Assembly (NCBI GenBank): GCA_051294375.1
Contig: CM119267.1
Coordinates: forward strand, 8,891,709-8,955,708
Origin: Paraspadella gotoi
Lineage: Eukaryota > Animalia > Chaetognatha
Reading direction: 5' to 3'
DNA length: 64,000 nt
A model generated the notes under the pieces. It saw nothing but the letters and a program-made list of their open reading frames with translations, had not been told where the DNA came from and did no database searches. Shown here piece after piece: positions 10,351-23,700 of the stretch (position 1 is the stretch's first letter; each line of letters begins with the position of its first letter). The position numbers and the translations under genes were made by a program.

Positions 10351-13300
10351 AAAAGCATCATGCGGTTGTGAGAGAGGAGCGAGAAGATCGCCTCCCTCTG
10401 ATGCCATACGCCGTTTCCCGCTTTCGGACGAGGAAGCGGAGGCAGTGATAACTCTTTGCTTCCGCCGCTCGATCCAATAAGGGTGGAGGGGGACTTAATG
10501 CGGGCGAGGATGGGGCGTGGCACTAGTTGGGAGATCTGGGGGGGTTTGTTGATTGTGTCCGCGTTTTGGGCTGCGGCGGCGGGCAGCGGGCGGCCCTAAC
10601 AAACCTCGCAGGCGGGTGAGATGGAGAAGAGACCCCCTCTCTCCTTTTACGATAAGAAGGGAATAAAGGACTTTGTTGACGAAGATTTATCTTCCTTCCT
10701 TACGGGAGAGGAGGGAAGTGGGTTTGTGGCGCCCTACGTGTGGTTGGCAAGAGAGATTCATCGGGTGCTGGATTTGGGCGACCGTGCTTCAAGATAAGCA
10801 TTACCGATCGTTGGTGAGGGTAGGTTTAGTTGCCGATGGCAGATAATGTGACAATTTGTGAAGGATATAAGCGTCATGATCGAGGAAATAAGAAAAAACA
10901 ATGTCGCTTCAGTGTTAAAAAAAAAATAAAAAATGTTGTTTGTTTCGTTTTTTTTGCAAGACTAATCAGCCTAACATTTGCAGATTCATCGGTTTATTGA
11001 GAGAGCAATCGCTTCAATCTTTTCATTAGAGTGAGTCTAAAATGAAAAAGTAACCATTGCAATTTGAGTCGGGAAGAAGTCGCGAGTACTCCCTCGCCTC
11101 TTTCTCGATATATATCGTCCTCTCGCCTTCTCTTACGATTTTTTTTTTTTTTTTCAATCGTTCTCTCTCGCTGACTATTTTGCGTCCTCTCCGCTTTTTT
11201 TTCTCCGATTTCGACCCCTCCTCGGGACCTTCTCCCCTTCTCTTCTCTCTCTCTCTCGCGATTTGCCAATCTGTTGCGAACCCTCACCTCGCGGAGATAA
11301 TGCGGTTTTTGCTCGCGGAAGCGGAAAGAGATTCCCGTCTTCTCGTCAAATCTCCTCGCGAAAGAAAAGGAACGATCGTTACGTGTTACATCTTTCCTTT
11401 GTCTTCCGCTTCCTTCTCCCTTTTTTTTTTTCCTTTTCCTCGCCATCGTATCTCGTCCCCAAACCCATTTTTTTTTCCTTCTATCTTCTTCCACGATGTC
11501 TCTCTCTCTCTCTCTCGCCTTTTCTCTTCTGGTTTTTTCTCCTTCCATTTTCTCCCCTTTCTCTCTCTTTTTCGTTTACGTCTTCTCAACGTTCCTCTCT
11601 TTTTCCATTTCGTCTTGTCTTCGCTTAATTTTTTTTTTTTTAATGTAATTTTTTTCTCGTTGGATCGCTTTCATTCACGTTTTTTTTCCTTCCCTCCTTT
11701 CTCTCAGCTTTTCCTCTCCTCCTCCATACACTGCTTAACGTCAAAAGCGATTTCATTATCTACTCCGTATTAAACCCCACCTCCCCCCCCCCCCAACATC
11801 GCCGCACGACCATCTTTGATCCCCGCTGCTAATCCTCTTTCTTAGTCCGCGCCGCGCGGGGGTTCTGCTTTGCTCGTCGTCGTTTAGAGGTCCGCCTACA
11901 GGCGAGATCCGTTTACGACGAGATCGAGTGGGGGAGCTGAAAGACGGAATGTCCGCAGTTAAAAGGCGTCCGCCCTTATGTTCAATGCTTACAACGTAGG
12001 CCTTTTCGAACTCGGATGTCGTTTTAGGAAATGTGTAGACCATTTCCAAGTCGCGTCTGTTAACTTAAAGCTGGTTACCAAAGCTGATTTTCCTGCGCCC
12101 CGCATGGGTGCATGACTTGGTACTGTGCCTGTGCCATCTTTGCCACCTTCATCGCGAACTAACTGAAAAATGTCGTTTAACGTCAAAATCATACTTTTTT
12201 TACATTTACTTTGATCTCTGTTTTAACTAAATTCTGCTGCCAGTTTGGATCGAAAAAATACTGAACGTCTTTCTGACTCTGACGGAGAATCGGATTGAAT
12301 CACGAAACAAAGTCCGGATGAAAATCGGATGAAATACCCGGAGTGTAAGGGGATGCTCGGGAAAAGATTTACGTGGACTATACACGGACGTCAAATCGGG
12401 ATTCGTTACACATGTGAGTAAGAAAACGAGTCGGCTCCGATATAAAAGGGCGAACGCACTGAATTTTAATAATTATTATATTTAGGCCTATATATAGCCA
12501 ACTCTCTACGTACTTTTGATATCAACCGGTTTTCCGCGCGAGTCTTCGATAGGCAAGCTGCGAAAAGAAAAAAAAAAGATTTTATAAAGAGAACTTAATT
12601 TAAGAAAAGTCGCAGAGTCGATGCGCCCCATAGTTAGTGTAAGGCCAACACACAAACCTCCTTATTAGAATTAGCCTCGACTTTTTGCTGCTTCGTCTCG
12701 CCCGACATCGGGGATTTCGCTGGCTAAACGGATAATTCGTCGTCGTTATCGTCGTCGTCGTTATCGTCAAACATTCTCGTATTCCGGATCTAAAGAGAGA
12801 CCATCGCCTTTGTTGTTTTATCGTCGAAGGCGTCGTCTTGTCTGTTGTCCGTACGCTCGCGGCTTGTCGTCTGCTCTTCAACTGGAACAAATGGTCTTTC
12901 CGATTGTTCGTCGTCTGCTTCGTTGTCGACTTTTCGCTTTCCCAAAGTCGTTAAGACCCATCTCCATTCTCGGGTTTTGTGAAGAGTAATATTACTCACA
13001 AGTGGGCGTTCGCGTTCAGCCGTTTAATTAAAATCTGGGAGCGGAGGACGAGAAGACGAGAGAGAAGAGAGGGAGAGAGAGACGGGGAGAGAGAGAGAGA
13101 GAGAGAGAGGGAGCGAAGAGAGAGAGAGAGAAGAGAGAGAGAGAGAAGCAAAGGCATGGTGACTCTTATCTCTCGAATCTATAAACGCGTGACGGCCCTG
13201 TGTTCCGCCCTTCTTCGCGTCGACTCGCTTACCGTGTCACCGTCACGCCTTACCGCTATACCGTCAATCGAGTCTTGCGCTTATGCAATTCTCGTGCTCA

Positions 13301-13692
13301 TCTCCTCACACAGCCTCTACTCCATATGATACCAGACTGGAATCGCGCTGGGCGAATCTAGACCAGGGCATGTTATACTAGCCATTTCCAGTCCGTCTTT
13401 AACACCCCATGCGCATGCTCCCCACGCCCTCTTCCGTCATGCTCTCGCAAGCGGCGGACCACTTCGCGCGCGCGCGGCTTTATGGGTTGCACGCGCCAAA
13501 AACAGCGACCGACGTGGGTGTGCACAGCCGGACCTCCGAGAGGGTGCCTCCCGTCGTGGTGGAATCAGCTAATGGACTGCCGACCCGGAGACGTATAGTC
13601 GGTCTGCACCTGCTATCGGACTCCAGAGTGTGACCACTTCCGATTCGCTCCTTGCGTTCTAATAAGGAATACCATAGAACAATAAGAACCTA
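9623..13692 (+). repeat. Direct duplicate of 1-2246 followed by 5373-6504, indel-rich
   Basis: Colinear match from ATTGCAG (9623 = position 1) to AAGAA(T)CCTA. Differences are mostly 1-nt insertions, with noise bursts near 13320-13410 and 13520-13625. Confidence 0.93.
10605..12557 (-). CDS. Second, indel-rich copy of the same six exons in contiguous order
   Basis: Includes ORF 11756..12049 (EMVYTFPKTTSEFEKAYVVSIEHKGGRLL). It joins the 5373 block directly to the 2246 block at ~12205, restoring a ~51-nt intron. Confidence 0.5.
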
Positions 13693-13949
13693 ATTATTGG
13701 CCTTGTGAGTCAGTTATATATATAAGCTCCTAACCGTCTAATTTATCAAGCATCCATAAAACCTGGCTACTAACAGTGGCTATAATGGTAGCCTGGTCAT
13801 ATAAGTTACACAACTGTTTCAATTTTATTAATGCTGGGACCACTCCGCTTTTCTTCTTTTTTTCGCCTTGTATTGATATACTAAATTTTCAATTACAACA
13901 AATTATCGCACACTTCCTCACACGACCCACGTGGTGTGCCAAACCCCGC

Positions 13950-14495
13950 ATGCGTTCTGAGCTCATAGCGAGCGCCGCGTATATTTTCCGTCATCACTCA
14001 CCACTAAGCTAGCTTTATACGTGTACGTCGTTCTGGCTCCGATAGCGAGGCCATGTGATATTTTCCGTCAATCCACCCCTAGTAAGCTCTCGATATAGTG
14101 TTAGTCATTCTGGTCTCGATCAGCGAAGGCCCTGTGATATTTCTCCGTCCATTTCCCAAACCCTAGCTAAGCTCTTATAAGTGGGTAGTCGTTCTGCTCG
14201 ATAGCCGAGCCCCTTGATATTTTTCCTTCATCCATCCCTACTAAAGCTCCTTATAAGTGTTAGCTCGTTTCTGGTGCTGCCGCAGTAAGCTGAGGCTCTG
14301 TGATACTTTTCCGCTCATCCACCCTACTAAGCTCTTATAGTGTAGTCGTTTCTGGCTCTGATAAGCAGACAGCCCTGTGATAATTTTCCCTCATCCACCG
14401 GTACTAGACTGTTATAGTGTGAGGTCGTTCTGGCCCGATAGCGAGCCCTGTGATATTTGTCCCTCATCCACTCCTACTAAGCTCTCTATTAGGTT
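13950..14495. repeat. ~69-bp minisatellite, about 7 units
   Basis: Consensus GTCGTTCTGGCTCGATAGCGAGCCCTGTGATATTTTCC(G)TCATCCACCCTACTAAGCTCTTATAGTGTA. Confidence 0.92.
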
Positions 14496-14807
14496 GCCCG
14501 CATTCTCCCTGCTGCGACTTCTCCNNNNNNNNNNNNNNNNNNNNNNNNNCATTATCCTGCCTTGGAGTCCACGCATATAAATATATTAAAGCCTCTAACC
14601 GTTCTAATTTATCAACATCCATAAAACCTGGCTATAACATGGCTATACATGTGGCCTGGCATATAAGTTTCTTACAAACTTGTTTCAATTTTATTAAGTG
14701 GACCACTCCCTTTCTTTTTTCCCTTTGTTGTGTTGTAAATACTAATTTTATAATCCAACAAAATCTACCCACACTCTCCTCATACGACCACGTTGTGCCA
14801 CCCCCTA

Positions 14808-15250
14808 GTCGGTTCTGGCTCGATAGCGAGCCCTGTGATGATTTTCCGTCATCCACCCTAGCTAAGTACTCTTATAGTTATGTCGTTCTGGCTCATAGCG
14901 AGGCCCTGTGATATTTTCTGTCATTCCCACCCTACTAAGCTCTTATAGTTGTAGTCGTTCTGGCTCGCATCCGAGAGCGAGGGCCCTGTGATATTTTCCG
15001 TCATCCACCCTACTTAAGCTCCTTATAAGTGTGTCGTTTGGGTCCTCCCTCGATAAGCGAGGCCCTGTGATATTTTTCCACGTTCATCCACCCTACTAAA
15101 GCTCTTATAGTGAGTCGTTCTGGCTGATAGCGAGCCCTGTGATATTTTCCTCATCCATCCCTACTAAGCTCGTTATAGGTCGTAGTCTGCTGCGGCGATA
15201 GCGAGGGCCCTGTGATAATTTTCCTCATCCACCCTACTAAGCTCTTATAA
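14808..15250. repeat. ~69-bp minisatellite, about 6 units (second copy of the array after a 25-N gap)
   Basis: Same consensus, preceded by the same ~250-bp unique leader (13693-13950 vs 14550-14805). Confidence 0.92.
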
Positions 15251-17514
15251 GCTCTCTGCTTCTTTCCCCCCCCTCGAATCGTCGTTCTCTCTCTCTCCTC
15301 TTTTTTTCTCTTCCTCCTTTCGTCTCCTTCATCGACGCGTCGTTATTCTCAGCGAACAGAAACCAGAAAATCAAAATCTAACGAATTCGCTCATCGAATT
15401 TTCATGAATTTGTCACGCGGTCTTTCCTGCCGCTGTCGTCGTCGTCGTCGTCGTTCTTCTCAACGTGAACGAAGTGATGGTGGTGAGCGTTGTTACGTGA
15501 ACCGAGGTCAAAAGCGGTGATGGCGTTGTTGTGACGCTAGTGCNNNNNNNNNNNNNNNNNNNNNNNNNNNNNNNNNNNNNNNNNNNNNNNNNNNNNNNNN
15601 NNNNNNNNNNNNNNNNNNNNNNNNNNNNNNNNNNNNNNNNNNNNNNNNNNNNNNNNNNNNNNNNNNNNNNNNNNNNNNNNNNNNNNNNNNNNNNNNNNNN
15701 NNNNNNNNNNNNNNNNNNNNNNNNNNNNNNNNNNNNNNNNNNNNNNNNNNNNNNNNNNNNNNNNNNNNNNNNNNNNNNNNNNNNNNNNNNNNNNNNNNNN
15801 NNNNNNNNNNNNNNNNNNNNNNNNNNNNNNNNNNNNNNNNNNNNNNNNNNNNNNNNNNNNNNNNNNNNNNNNNNNNCTCCTAGTTCGCTCTTTCATTCGC
15901 CGCATGTCACCGAGGCGGCATCTTTATTAATGGAAAAAAAGGGAGAGAGAACAGTCTTGGGAAAGAGAGAGAGAGAGGTAGAGATGGAGAGTCTTTGGAG
16001 GAATGGAAATACACAAAGGTGACAAGGAAGGTTTAAGTGCCGAGTGGTGGCGTCTTTCAAGAGTCTTGGAATGATTGGCTTCAGTCTTTGGAATGACGCC
16101 TATTTTACATTTATTACCTCATGGCGTGCGCCAAGGGGCGAAATAAATAAGACCCCTCACAAAACTTGTTACTCCAATTTTTGTCACTCTCCACCTTTAA
16201 GATTTATTTCAGCGTCCAAAATTTATAATTTTTTTCATAAAAATATGTTATTCTCCTTTTTACTCACAACCCTTTAAGATTATGTAACTTTATATCGCGT
16301 CTTTTCAATATATCACTTCTCCTTTCTTATTATGCGTTTTTCTGCGATTAAAAAAATAAAAATAAGACCACATCTGTTGAAGATGAGAAAAGTACTAGAC
16401 GTCGTCGTCGTCGTCTTTGTCATCGTCGTCTTTGTCGTCGTCACCACCGCCGACAGGAAGGAAGCTCTAGAATGAAAGATGAGAGTTTCTTCTTGTTATA
16501 AACAGAACAAGTAAAATTGAAAAGAAAACTTAAATTGCAGATTAAATGATAAAAAAAATTGCTAATGTCGCATGATCACTTTTTCCCCAGGTGCCCGATC
16601 TGGAATTGGTGGGCGTGCCGCGAGATGTTTGATTTAGGCAGGAGACGTTTTCTTACATTCCCCTCCTTTTCTTTTTCTTGGAATGAGATCCCTCTCTCTN
16701 NNNNNNNNNNNNNNNNNNNNNNNNNNNNNNNNNNNNNNNNNNNNNNNNNNNNNNNNNNNNNNNNNNNNNNNNNNNNNNNNNNNNNNNNNNNNNNNNNNNN
16801 NNNNNNNNNNNNNNNNNNNNNNNNNNNNNNNNNNNNNNNNNNNNNNNNNNNNNNNNNNNNNNNNNNNNNNNNNNNNNNNNNNNNNNNNNNNNNNNNNNNN
16901 NNNNNNNNNNNNNNNNNNNNNNNNNNNNNNNNNGACGTTCGGTGGAAATATTTATTCACAGTGATCGCAACGTCGTCACGTGCGGATTTGGGTTTCTTTC
17001 TTCTTTCCTTCTTTCTTTCTCTCTTTTCTTTTGTTATTTCTTTCTGTCATGTCTTCTTTCAATTTATTTTTCTCTTTATTTCTTTACTTTTAAAACCAAC
17101 GTGATTTTTTTTTATTTGGTTATTTACGTTCTTTCTTTCTATTTTTCTTTCTATCGCATTTTTACTATTTCCTTCTTTCTCTTTTCCCCTTCCCTTCCCT
17201 CTACTCCACTCCCTCCGCCCGGCAAATGACAGACACGAACCCGTAAACAAGAGAATGAAGGGGAAACGGGAGGCCGGTCACGTGTCTCCGTCCGCGAGGG
17301 CACGCGGTTGCGTTTTCGTGTCGCGGGACGATTGGGGGGACATTGGTCGTCGTTGTCGTCGTCGTCGTCGTCGTCGTCTCGGTCAACGGCCCTCTCGGGG
17401 TCGCGAACTCGAGGATTTTCGCGCTTCGATGGAAACGAATTCTGGACGGAAAAGGTTTATGGGCCATCGACGCTGCTGATGGCGTAACCACTCTCTCGCG
17501 GGGGCACCGTCGTC

Positions 17515-17553
<39 letters not shown>

Positions 17554-20500
17554 TGTCAAACTTAGTTAAGTTCTTGTTTGGTATCTATGTTTTCCACTAT
17601 GGAACGGAAAGTCACAACTTTCTAGTCACCGTTTCTTCACTCTGTTTATCATTTTACTCTTTCACGGAGGCTCCACTCTTCATTTTCCTCCCCAAAGGCA
17701 TTCTTCCCCTCCCCCGCCCCCACCCCTACTTCCCCTTTTCTGGCTCTCGCTCCAAATACGGTTTTTCGCGGGAAAATTGTGAAGCTGCCAATTTTTTTTT
17801 CTTTAAAAAACGTCGTTGGAATCTCGAGACTTGAAAGAAGGCGGAAGAAGAAGAAAAGATGTTTTCGACTTTCAACGAATTTTTTTTTTAAATTTTCTAT
17901 TTTTACTCCTTTTTTTCTTTCATCGCTGGATATTTGTGACTTTGCCTCGATTTAAACGAAAAAGTAATTTGCATGTTGCAGACGGATGGTAAAAAAATGT
18001 AACTAGTTTCTTTATTTTTTCTTCTTTGGTGGAAATAGGAGATTTTTCTTGAATTTTTATCAAAGTTTTATATGAAAGTTAAATATTGCTAGCTTTGACT
18101 CTTTTGGACCGATAATAAGCTTCATGTTTAACAAAGTCCATTGACTTCTTTTCTATTATTTAAAGAAAATTATTTGAATTTACCTTAAAGATACTATGAT
18201 TACTATCTTGTACATTACTGCCTCTCATTCCATATTCGTACTAGTTTATATTTCCTCTCCCAATCTAATTTCTCCGCGAGAGGGCACCTTGTTTGTCGTC
18301 TAACCGGAACAGAAATACGTTGCCTCGTGGGAGTTTTGGGCGAAAGAAAGAAAAAGGCAAAACAAGTTTTTTTTTTNNNNNNNNNNNNNNNNNNNNNNNN
18401 NNNNNNNNNNNNNNNNNNNNNNNNNNNNNNNNNNNNNNNNNNNNNNNNNNNNNNNNNNNNNNNNNNNNNNNNNNNNNNNNNNNNNNNNNNNNNNNNNNNN
18501 NNNNNNNNNNNNNNNNNNNNNNNNNNNNNNNNNNNNNNNNNNNNNNNNNNNNNNNNNNNNNNNNNNNNNNNNNNNNNNNNNNNNNNNNNNNNNNNNNNNN
18601 NNNNNNNNNNNNNNNNNNNNNNNNNNNNNNNNNNNNNNNNNNNNNNNNNNNNNNNNNNNNNNNNNNNNNNNNNNNNNNNNNNNNNNNNNNNNNNNNNNNN
18701 NNNNNNNNNNNNNNNNNNNNNNNNNNNNNNNNNNNNNNNNNNNNNNNNNNNNNNNNNNNNNNNNNNNNNNNNNNNNNNNNNNNNNNNNNNNNNNNNNNNN
18801 NNNNNNNNNNNNNNNNNNNNNNNNNNNNNNNNNNNNNNNNNNNNNNNNNNNNNNNNNNNNNNNNNNNNNNNNNNNNNNNNNNNNNNNNNNNNNNNNNNNN
18901 NNNNNNNNNNNNNNNNNNNNNNNNNNNNNNNNNNNNNNNNNNNNNNNNNNNNNNNNNNNNNNNNNNNNNNNNNNNNNNNNNNNNNNNNNNNNNNNNNNNN
19001 NNNNNNNNNNNNATAGTGGGTTGAGGAAGAAAGAAACAGTAAGGAAAGGAAGCATGTGATGCGTATGAAGGGGTTTTAACCCGAGGCCGACGCGAAAATT
19101 TGTCAAATAAAAAATCGCTGCAGTCTCCGCCGCCGCCGCCGCCGCCGCCGCCGCTTCCTGAGAAAGTGAGAGGTGAGACGGGCGAAAATCATGACTTGAA
19201 TCTCAAAATCTTCCCTTCTGTAAAAATTGGAAGGTGAGTTAATTTCAAGACTCGCACCCGCGAGAACTTACCATTTTTAAACAACGAATTACTAAACTTT
19301 TTTAATCTTAAAAATCATCATGATCTAATGTTATTTCGTCCTTTCGTTTTTCTTTCTACTTTTCATCTCTCTTTCTCCCTCTCTCTCTCTCTCTCTCTCA
19401 TTTCCTCCATCTCTCGCCGGTTGTCATCTTTTTTTCGGAATTGCTTCAAAAAATCTTTCTCTCTCTCTCTCTCTCTTCCTTTCTCTCGCCGTCGTTCGTC
19501 TTCGTCACTTCTCTTTTGTCTCCTCTCTTTTTTTTTTCTTCTCTCGTCGCCTTTATTTTTCTCTTTCTATTGTCTTCTCTTTTTTTTTTCCTTTTCTAGA
19601 ATTTCCTTTTGTTTCTCATTGTTTCAGTTCGCTCTTCCCTCCTAAACGTCTCCCCCTCCTCCTCCTCCTCCTCCTCTTTGGCTTGTCTGCCGCATTTTCT
19701 TTCCAGAGTCTATGATTAGAGGCAATCAACTGTGTAAACGATCCCCAAAGGGTATGATTAATTAGACGAGCAGAGACGAAGAGCAGAAGAGAAAGCACCC
19801 AGGAAAGTGGAGACAGGCCACTACAGAGAGCTGCAGAGCACGGAGGAGCAATAACAGATGATGCTAGAAGATCGACTAGAATAAATGAATGAGACAGAGG
19901 ACCGGTCACCATGAGTAACGAGATCACTCACACGAGAGACGAGAAATCCTAGAAAGACGACGAGACCGAATGAGCCAAGAGTATGATCCTACAGAGTCGG
20001 AAGAGACGACAACGACGAAGATTCAGGCGTTTAGCCCCAACCCAGCGTGCCAACTTTAGAATTGGCGCCGCGCTTGCCACTTATGCCCCCTGCACTCGCC
20101 TCAGGCCGCATCTCCCTTCGCTTCCCATCCAACGCCGCGCTCCGGTTAACTAGAGGGCGGGTGGACCAATGGTCGAGAGCAGAGCATCGAGACGAATAGA
20201 CGAGACGAGAGAGCAAAGAAGAGGAGAGAGTAGAGAGCAGAGAGATGTAAGAATGAGAGAGATATGAGAGGAGAGAGAACCGCGCACAGCGCGTCGTGCG
20301 CGATGTGTGGCCGTAGTGCGCCCCGAGACAAATTAAAGCCCGAATCTGTGAAATCCTTCTCCAGAATCACGTTGGGATTCTTAAACAAAAAGAATCTTGC
20401 GTTACTGCCCGTTACTTTGTGAGATTCACATAAAACTTTCTAAAAAAAGTATTTTTTTTCTTCGGAATCTTTTCTTCTTTTTTTCATTCACCAGTTTCGC

Positions 20501-20704
20501 TGTTTATTTTCTCGTCAACGAGAACAGCGGACTCACAACGTAGAAACACACCTGGTTTTCTCGTTTTGCATCGCTGACACGGGTGTGTAGAACGAGAGAG
20601 AGAGAGAGATCGAGCAGAGAGCCACGAGAGACCCGAGAAGAGAACCGATGAGAGAGATCGAAGCAGAGAGATGACGAACTGAGAGAGACGAGAAGAGAGA
20701 GAAA

Positions 20705-23700
20705 AGAATCGACAGGGGCACAGAGGCCGTCGGTTTGAAACCTCCGGACGGGTCGGGGAAAACAACTCGTCGCTGAATACGTCGCCAGATGTGAGTTCGG
20801 AGTCGGCAGAAAGGAGATGAAGTCCACAAGAGGCGCAGCGAAAGTCGGGACTCCAGTAGAACCGTGAGCGGCCGACGGCCTGGCGCGCGCGCTGAAAAAA
20901 AAGTCAGACCGCCGCTCTGCCGCCGGCAAAAAGTTACGATAATGCTTTTTCCGGTCTGTTAATTCCCTCCCCCGACTACCTCCATCATCGTGGCGTCGTT
21001 CGTCCATCGTTGTACGTTCGTCATCGTCGTCTTTTTTAAAACAGACTTCCGCTTCTCACGCAGCGCGCCTAGTGACATAGCTATTCACTGACATATACTG
21101 ATCCACGTTTAGCAGACTTCCTTTTAATTCGTTTAAAATAAATGATTCCGGCTGCCGTTGTATTAGTGGTAATGTTATCTTCGTTCTATACGTACTTTGA
21201 GATCGTAACCGCACCTCTTTATGGTCATCTGGCTCTGTCAGTCAAGTCTATGACAGGTCCGCTTATCTTCCCTTTTTATACTCCAGGTTTCCAAATAATG
21301 TTTCCACTTTATTCTATTCATCTCAGTGGAAGCAGATCGGGTCTTCACAAATTGCAACAAACAGGGTCTTATTTGCCCTCTCATCATGTACACCTGGTCA
21401 GATCCCTCCCAGCCCCCTCCTCTCCCTCTCTCCCCCCCTTCTCTCGTCTCTTCTCTCTCTCTCTCTCTCCCCCCGCTCTCCCGACTCTTCCTATATATAT
21501 CTCCCCTCCAGTCCCCTTCCTCTCGCCGACACCTTCGCCCGTCCTCGGCCGATGTCGGACTTGCTTCAGATCATTTTTTTTTCGGAGATCGAAAAAAATT
21601 TTCTTCAATTTTGTGATCCGCGATGAAAAAGAGTTTTCACTTACTTTGTTCTTGTCTCTAATTTTTTTATATCGTGCTCTCCTATGATCACCGCCGTGCT
21701 TTTATATTTGCAACGACGGGACCAAAACCGGATGGGGATAGTGCGGAACATTCTCCGCTCATCACTCTCTCTCGTCTCTCTCTCTCATCTCCATCTCTCT
21801 TCTCCCCCTCTCTCATCTCTCTCCCTATATCTCCAGCTACCGGCGCCCTTACTTCCCGCCGCTCCCCGCCAAGCCGCATACCACAATACCTACCCCTGTG
21901 GCGAGCGCACCCAACGAGGAAACCCAGAAACAAAAACATTAACATACGGTCAGCAAATCGTTATGACCAACTGCCGGCGTGCGCGTTCTTCGACCATCTC
22001 CCCTTCGCCCCCCCCCCCAGACCGCACGAAACAACCCCTCCGCCAACACTTACCAAAAGCCCGAAACCTCTCGTCGCACCGTATCGTCTTTCGCACGTTT
22101 GTTTATTATTACATCCCAAAATAGTAAACCAAAAGCCTAAGGCTGCGCGTCGACGATGCTTAAAGAAACTCCCATTTTACCGGCAGCAGAGTACAAACCA
22201 GAGATTTTGCGAATAAATATGAGAGGTACAACAAAATTCGTCGTGGGTCATGACGCCATGACGGAAATCGAGGTCTGAGAACGTGAACCACGAGGACTCA
22301 GCCTGGCGAGGGGACGTGACCGAGGCGCGAGGGGGGGGGGCGGCTCAGAGCAAAGACGCGTAAATTTTAGAAGTCTCAGACACGATTGCTCGTGTTCGTT
22401 AATGCCGCCGGAAACAACTTCACGATAACGAAACTGCATCTTACTGACAATAATTTAATGAATTTTCGCGCATGAATAAACCTCTTTATACTCAAACTAA
22501 TTTTTATTACCTCTTTTTTTTTTCGCCTCCCTTACTCGATCGACCACCTTCAAAACAAGGTGAAGTCCAATCTGCCTTAATAATGTTGGTGTTACTTGTT
22601 TTGCACTTTCAACTCTACTCAAACTATTTGGACGATGTTTAAATAAAAGAAGCCTCAAAGACAAATACTTTATTCATGTAAGTTCTGTACAGATTAGAAG
22701 CCTGTAGTGAGCAAAGAGAAAAAAAATTAAAGCTCTCTCAACTCGCGTGCCAGAGGTTCGTGTGGCCGTGATCGCAAGACAAGCGTCAGAAAAATGACAT
22801 CTTTAAAGACCGCCACATGAAGTTCCCCCGGTTATGACAACTACAGTCCGTTCGGCATCAACTCCGGAGTTTCTCTTAACACTCTTATACATCCATCCAC
22901 AAACCAATAAAAAATTGAAAATCGGGAACCCCAAATGCAGTACTGTGACGAAACCCGAAAACGTAAGGCGTAATCTCAATTTATCTCACCCACAGCAGCC
23001 TTCACATAGTCCCGTTTCTCAACTAAAGCTCTCTCTTCCCGCGGGCGCACCGCTTCTTGATGGCTCTCTTCTCTCTCTCTACTCTTCTCTCTCTCCTTCT
23101 TCTCTCCTCTCTCTCGTAACTCGTCTCCCCCCTCTCATCCATTATTACCAATAAGCGTATCTCTCTCTTTNNNNNNNNNNNNNNNNNNNNNNNNNAGAAT
23201 GACAGGGACAGAGTCGGTGAAACCTCGGAGGTCGGGGAAAAAACTCGGTGAACGTCGCCAGATGTGAGTCGGAGTCGGAGAAAGAGAGAGTCAAAGAGGG
23301 GGAGTCGGAGAAGTGAGGGCGACGCCTGGGGGGAAAAAAGTCAGGCGCCTGCGCGGAAAAATTACGATTATGCTTTTTTCCGGCTGTTAATTCCTCCCCC
23401 GACTCTCCATCATCGGGGTCGTCGTCATCGTTGTCGTCGTCATCGTCTCTTTTTAAAACAGACTCCGCTCTCGCCGGGTGAATAGTATTCACTGAATACT
23501 GATCCACGTTAGAGACTTCCTTTTAATTGTTTAAATTAAATGATTCCGCTGGTGTATTAGTGGTAATGTTTCTTCGTTTATAGTATTGAGATGGAACCGA
23601 TCTTTATGGTCATTGGTCTGTCAGTCAGTCTATGACAGTCGTTTCTTCCCTTTTTATATCGGTTTCAATATTTCATTATTCTATTTTCATGGAGAGATGG

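Noticed and set aside
12080-12115. Walker A-like GAGKS (XPB-like PCGAGKS) in ORF 11989..12192
   Set aside because: It is out of phase with the splice-consistent consensus frame (HPCGAQE) and depends on indel errors.
13950-15250. CRISPR-like array with palindromic repeats
   Set aside because: Units are head-to-tail with no unique spacers, variation is indel noise, there are no cas genes, and the context is eukaryotic.
19690-20030. Apparently complex purine-rich sequence
   Set aside because: It looks like a noisy single-read rendering of a (GA)n tract, with no credible frame.
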